Virus record (IMG/VR): IMGVR_UViG_2693429557_000019
Origin: a virus
Taxonomy: Duplodnaviria; Heunggongvirae; Uroviricota; Caudoviricetes
Length of the DNA stretch: 30,436 bases
Strand: one strand, 5' to 3'
In this document: in pieces, positions 26,403 to 30,436 of the stretch
Position numbering within the stretch: position 1 is the first letter of the stretch
How the letters are laid out: every line of letters starts with the position of its first letter
Translations under genes and position numbers: made by a program
Notes under the pieces: generated by a model
What the model was told of the DNA's origin: nothing
What the model saw: the letters and a program-made list of their open reading frames with translations, nothing else
Databases searched by the model: none

Positions 26403-27896
26403 TTAACGCTTCACTGAGTTTGACTCTAATACTGTTGAGAATCCCGACCACTCATCAGCGAGCGGGTAAGTGAATTTTTTCCCGTCATAATTTACGGTTG
26501 CCCCACGCGCCAGCACCTCAAGCTCCCATCGCTGCGGCCTGATACCGTTCTGAGCAAGGTCAACGCGGATACGGGTAATTTGCATTCGTTCCGACCGGGT
26601 CAGTCTGGCCGATGGCGCTATTTCATGCGGTTTTAACGGGCTTCCGTTTCTTTGCTGACGGTTTGGTCTTCTCAGTCCGTGTTTTAATGCACCTCTGAGC
26701 GCCCTCACAACCTCCGGGTCATTCCATTCGATAACACCGTCATCTACCAGATTAAGCACTGCTGCGGCGTGCTCAGAAGGTGTGGGAGCCGGTAACGAAG
26801 TATCACCACCAGTGAGCTTTCCACAGTTATTGACAGGACTCCGAGGCGCGGCGATGCCGCTTTTTAAAGTCAAAGGCTCAACGACCGGCACTTTCGGAAC
26901 AATGCGCCAGTCCGTCGTTCTGGTGATATGAATATGACGCGCGCCGAGATGCGGCGCGTAAATGCCGACCACTCTCTCGACTTCTTCCTCGTACTCGTTA
27001 ACTTCATCCGACGGACTACGGGCGACCCTGACAGTCTGACAATCGCGCGGGACATTTGCCCCACCCTGCGCGCTGATATACAGCGCAAAATCACCACTGT
27101 CTGCGGCGGCGCGTGCAGCCTCGACGCGCTCGTCAAACTCATCAGCAATGCTGACGCCGCGAGGCAATTTGCGTAGTTCACGGTAAGCCCCCATTGTCGG
27201 CAGGCCAACCGTTTTAAATTGCGGAATGCGCCACGTTGACGCCCATGCGGTAACAGCCGCGGCAGTATCTTTCAGCGGTCTGCCGCTATCGTTATCGAGC
27301 TGCCCATCCAGTGCATAGCCGTCGATATTTTTTGAGATGTATTTCGCGATATACCCCGCAGCACCGCCCCGATTAAGATGTTTTGCCTGAAAACGGTTTC
27401 GCGCAGCTCCTCTTTCGTCGCCATCCTCTTTGAGCGCGTAGCGACGCATGATTTCGATAATCTGGTTACGCTGGCGTGGATTACAAAAAAGCATCATATG
27501 CCAGTGCGGCGTTCCGTCGTGGTGTGGCTCGACGACTCGCAAACCGTAGACCTGTAAATCATTATCCTTGAATGCCGTGCGCATCAGGCTCCAGATACGG
27601 CAGAGATAACGCTGCGCATCCTTTGGATTAAATGCCTCATCGTTCCAGCCGTGATTTAGCTGGACGGTTTTACTTTCGCCTTTTCCAACCTGACGTGTCG
27701 GGTGATACTTTGACGGCGCGGTCAGCGTGATAAACATCCCCACATCACCTTCTGCGGCGGCGTAACGCTCAATACCGGCAATGGTGTTCATCAGCTCCAT
27801 CCGGCGAATTTCAGGATTAGAAATACTGCCCATCACCTTACTGATAAGGTCGATGCGCTCGCCTGTTTCCCTGTTTTCGAGATCACACGATTTAAG
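26403..27896 (-). pseudogene. A: Replication initiation protein A (rolling-circle HUH endonuclease), 5'-truncated at the IS21-family junction
   Basis: ORF carries the HUH motif (TPHWHMMLF) and a Tyr/Lys motif (YIAKYISKN) of Rep-type nickases. It is 526 aa against about 761 aa that I recall for P2 gpA. The first roughly 28 codons of the ORF-track ORF (to 27983) are read through IS-end tandem repeats and are not genuine gene A sequence. Junction placed near 27897 from memory of the P2 gpA sequence. Confidence 0.7.
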
Positions 27897-27910
27897 ATGC
27901 AAAATGGCAT

Positions 27911-28025
27911 CTGAATCGATCGCAGTTTGGCATTCGAATCGATCATGATTTGGCATCCATCTCCGATCACAGTTTGGCATCACAATCGATCACGATTTGG
28001 CATACTTCCGATCATTGATTGGAAT
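27911..28025. repeat. Five tandem 22-24 bp direct repeats (consensus about cgatcaNNRtttggcat), probable multiple terminal repeats of the IS21-family left end
   Basis: Units end in ttggcat at 27933, 27956, 27980 and 28003, and in ttggaat at 28025. A diverged sixth copy (aaaatggcat) ends at 27910. The array lies immediately upstream of istA. Confidence 0.6.
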
Positions 28026-28098
28026 TCGCCAGTCACTCCGGGAATTAACTCTTTTCACCACAGTCTCCATTGCCGTGTTTAAACCAGTGGAGACGTCA

Positions 28099-29664
28099 AT
28101 GTCCAAAAAGAGAAAATCCAGGAGCACTATGGAAACTTGTTTTAAGATCCTTCAGCTCAAGTTCGATAAGAAGCTGACTAACCGTTGTATCGGACTGACG
28201 TTACACATCAGCGCCTCAACCGTTTTTGAGGTTCTTGCCCGCTTCAAAGCCTCTTCTCTGTCATGGCCATTACCTGCGGATATATCCCATGACACGCTGG
28301 AGAAACTCATTTTCCCGCCCAAAGACACCTCTGCGTCAGAGCTTGTTATGCCTGACATGCTGTACTTCGATACGGAAATGAGAAAACCTGGCGTGACGCG
28401 CCAACTGTTGTGGATGGAATACAAGGCACAGGCGGGTGACAAAGCGATGGGATACTCACACTTCTGCCGTTGCTACCGGAAGTGGAAAAAAACGCGACGC
28501 CTCTCCATGCGACAGGAGCATCGTGCTGGCGAAAAGCTCTTTATCGACTTCTGTGGTCCTACGGTCCCTGTTATTAATCCGGACACCGGAGAGATACGCC
28601 GCGTGGCAATCTTCGTGGCTGTAATGGGGGCGTCCAACTATACCTATGTTGAAGCGTGCGAAGGTCAGGACATGATGTCATGGTTAAATGCCCACAGCCG
28701 TTGCCTGACCTTCCTGGGCGGCGTACCGAAGCTGCTCATCCCCGATAACCTCAGAAGCGCAGTGAAAAAAGCCGATCGCTATGAGCCTGTCATCAACGAC
28801 AGTTATCAGGCGCTGGCTGAGCACTATGGCACGGTTATTATCCCGGCCCGCCCGCGCAAACCTAAAGATAAACCAAAAGCAGAAAACGGCGTCCTCATCG
28901 TCGAGCGATGGCTTCTTGCCCGCATCCGTAATGAAACCTTCCACACGCTCAGGGCGCTGAATGCACGCCTTCGGGAGTTGCTGACGGACATGAATAACCG
29001 ACCAATGAAGGGATACGGTAATCAAACCCGCGCAGAACGCTTCCGCATGCTGGATGCACCAGCACTCTCTCCGCTGCCTCTGGAGCCTTATGAATACACG
29101 GAATACAAAGCCGTGAAGGTTGGCCCTGACTACCACGTTGAATATGCCCGTCACTGGTACTCCGTTCCACACGAACTGGTCGGTCAGCGTCTGTCACTGA
29201 AGGTGGGGCAGTCGGTGGTACAGCTCTGGCACAAGGGGCAGTGTGTGGCGCAACATCCGCGCAGCACACATGAATATAAACACACAACCAATCCGCTTCA
29301 CATGCCAGAACGCCACCGGCGGCATGGGACATGGACACCGGAACGCCTTATCGAGCAGGGAAACCGTACAGGTCCGTCCACAGGCCGGGTGGTTGAATCC
29401 ATGCTGAAAGCCAAACCCCATCCGGAGCTGGCTTACCGTGCAGTCCTGGGTCTGCTGGCACTTCAGAAAAAATACGGCCCGGAACGGCTGGAAAAGGCCT
29501 GTTACGTTGCCCTGCACTATAACGCCCCGGACAGACGCTTTATCGACAATCTGCTGCGTCATCATCGGGATAACGTTGAGCTTCCGTTATCCCGCCAGGG
29601 CGAACAACATCCGGCATATGCTTCAGAGCATGAAAACCTGCGTGGTCCTGGCTACTACCACTGA
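28099..29664 (+). CDS. istA: IS21-family transposase IstA (DDE), about 521 aa
   Basis: N-terminal basic/HTH-like region. Candidate DDE residues in FIDFCG, LLIPDN and AENGVLIVERW. Followed 16 nt later by istB. Start taken at the first ATG (MSKKRKS) of the ORF-track ORF, which begins at a TTG at 27997. Confidence 0.85.
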   Translation: MSKKRKSRSTMETCFKILQLKFDKKLTNRCIGLTLHISASTVFEVLARFKASSLSWPLPADISHDTLEKLIFPPKDTSASELVMPDMLYFDTEMRKPGVTRQLLWMEYKAQAGDKAMGYSHFCRCYRKWKKTRRLSMRQEHRAGEKLFIDFCGPTVPVINPDTGEIRRVAIFVAVMGASNYTYVEACEGQDMMSWLNAHSRCLTFLGGVPKLLIPDNLRSAVKKADRYEPVINDSYQALAEHYGTVIIPARPRKPKDKPKAENGVLIVERWLLARIRNETFHTLRALNARLRELLTDMNNRPMKGYGNQTRAERFRMLDAPALSPLPLEPYEYTEYKAVKVGPDYHVEYARHWYSVPHELVGQRLSLKVGQSVVQLWHKGQCVAQHPRSTHEYKHTTNPLHMPERHRRHGTWTPERLIEQGNRTGPSTGRVVESMLKAKPHPELAYRAVLGLLALQKKYGPERLEKACYVALHYNAPDRRFIDNLLRHHRDNVELPLSRQGEQHPAYASEHENLRGPGYYH

Positions 29665-29680
29665 CAGAAGGAACAACCGT

Positions 29681-30436
29681 ATGAGTGATAATCTGTTAAA
29701 CAAACTGACCCAACTGAAACTCCCGGCGATGGCCGGGAGCCTGATACGGCAACGGGAAACGCCTCAGACTTACGACGAACTGTCGTTCGAGGAAAGGCTG
29801 ACACTGCTGGTTGATGACGAGCTTCTGAGCAGAGAAAACAGTCGTGTGGCACGGTTGAGAAAAAATGCCTGCCTGAAATATCAGGCAACACCGGAAGGGC
29901 TGCGTTATCCGGCCTCAAGAGGTCTGCGGGCTGAACAGATGAGGGAACTGCTGAACGGCCACTACATAATCCACAGGAAAAACCTACTGATAACCGGTCC
30001 GACAGGATGCGGTAAGAGCTGGATAGCCAATGCGCTGGGCGAACAGGCATGTCGACAGAAATACAGCGTCCGGTACTGTAGAACCGGGCGATTACTGGAA
30101 CAGTTGGCTCAGGGACGTGTTGATGGCAGTTGGCTGAAATATCTGAAACAGTTGCAAAAAATACAGGTTCTAATCCTGGACGATCTGGGGCTGGAACAGT
30201 TAAGTAACGCCCAGTGTAATGACCTTCTGGAGATCACAGAGGATCGTTACGGACAAAGCAGCACGATAGTGGTAAGCCAGTTCCCGGTAGATAAATGGCA
30301 TGGTCTGATGGAGAACCCAACAACAGCAGATGCCATCCTGGACAGACTGGTACATAACTCACACAGAGTGGTCCTTCAGGGAGAGTCCCTGAGGAAAAAT
30401 CCCCCGACAGTGGAAAGCAGCGAAAAAACGAGTTAA
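29681..30436 (+). CDS. istB: IS21-family ATP-binding helper protein IstB, 251 aa
   Basis: Walker A motif GPTGCGKS and Walker B-like VLILDDLG. Start ATG at 29681 preceded by gaaggaa. Stop TAA is the last 3 nt of the window. Confidence 0.9.
   Translation: MSDNLLNKLTQLKLPAMAGSLIRQRETPQTYDELSFEERLTLLVDDELLSRENSRVARLRKNACLKYQATPEGLRYPASRGLRAEQMRELLNGHYIIHRKNLLITGPTGCGKSWIANALGEQACRQKYSVRYCRTGRLLEQLAQGRVDGSWLKYLKQLQKIQVLILDDLGLEQLSNAQCNDLLEITEDRYGQSSTIVVSQFPVDKWHGLMENPTTADAILDRLVHNSHRVVLQGESLRKNPPTVESSEKTS

Larger units (their letters stand above)
27898..30436 (+). mobile_element. IS21-family insertion sequence (left end, istA, istB); right end lies beyond the window
   Basis: istA-istB pair with the 1-nt-scale gene spacing typical of IS21-family elements, preceded by a multi-repeat terminus beginning TG. 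Phage backbone GC rather than cargo-like AT-richness. Left boundary is approximate. Confidence 0.75.

Noticed and set aside
27911-28025. Tandem 23-bp repeats considered as a CRISPR array or replication iterons
   Set aside because: There is no repeat-spacer alternation and the units are far too short for CRISPR. The P2 origin lies inside the 3' part of gene A rather than upstream. Position directly in front of istA fits IS21-family terminal repeats better.
28684-29172. 162-aa and 129-aa (28949..29338) and 123-aa (29194..29565) minus-strand ORFs inside the IS
   Set aside because: Antisense to istA; IS21-family elements encode only istA and istB.

Overview
The window is almost entirely a P2-like (Peduovirus-type) prophage in reverse orientation relative to the canonical P2 map. 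It runs from ogr (window start) through the complete tail, baseplate, lysis and head/packaging modules to the cos site, then through a variable cargo region into a 5'-truncated replication gene A that is interrupted by an IS21-family element (istA/istB) reaching the window end. Identifications rest on reading the translated ORFs against remembered P2 proteins (lengths and gene order match); no database search was run. Two classical P2 variable loci carry AT-rich non-phage cargo. (1) Between FI and G (the Z/fun position) sits a single 472-aa protein of unknown function with its own sigma70-like promoter. (2) Between cos and gene A (the old/tin position) sits a translationally coupled two-gene operon, a DUF262/ParB-like protein followed by a putative HEPN protein, convergent with a C5-cytosine DNA methyltransferase. 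These two loci are the best candidates for an undescribed anti-phage or conversion system. The prophage looks defective: the major capsid gene N is split by a 1-nt frameshift and gene A has lost its 5' part at the IS junction. Also visible are the E/E' programmed -1 frameshift site, 44-aa tandem repeats in tail fiber H, an intact cos sequence, and a TGT-N12-ACA Ogr-type dyad upstream of FI.
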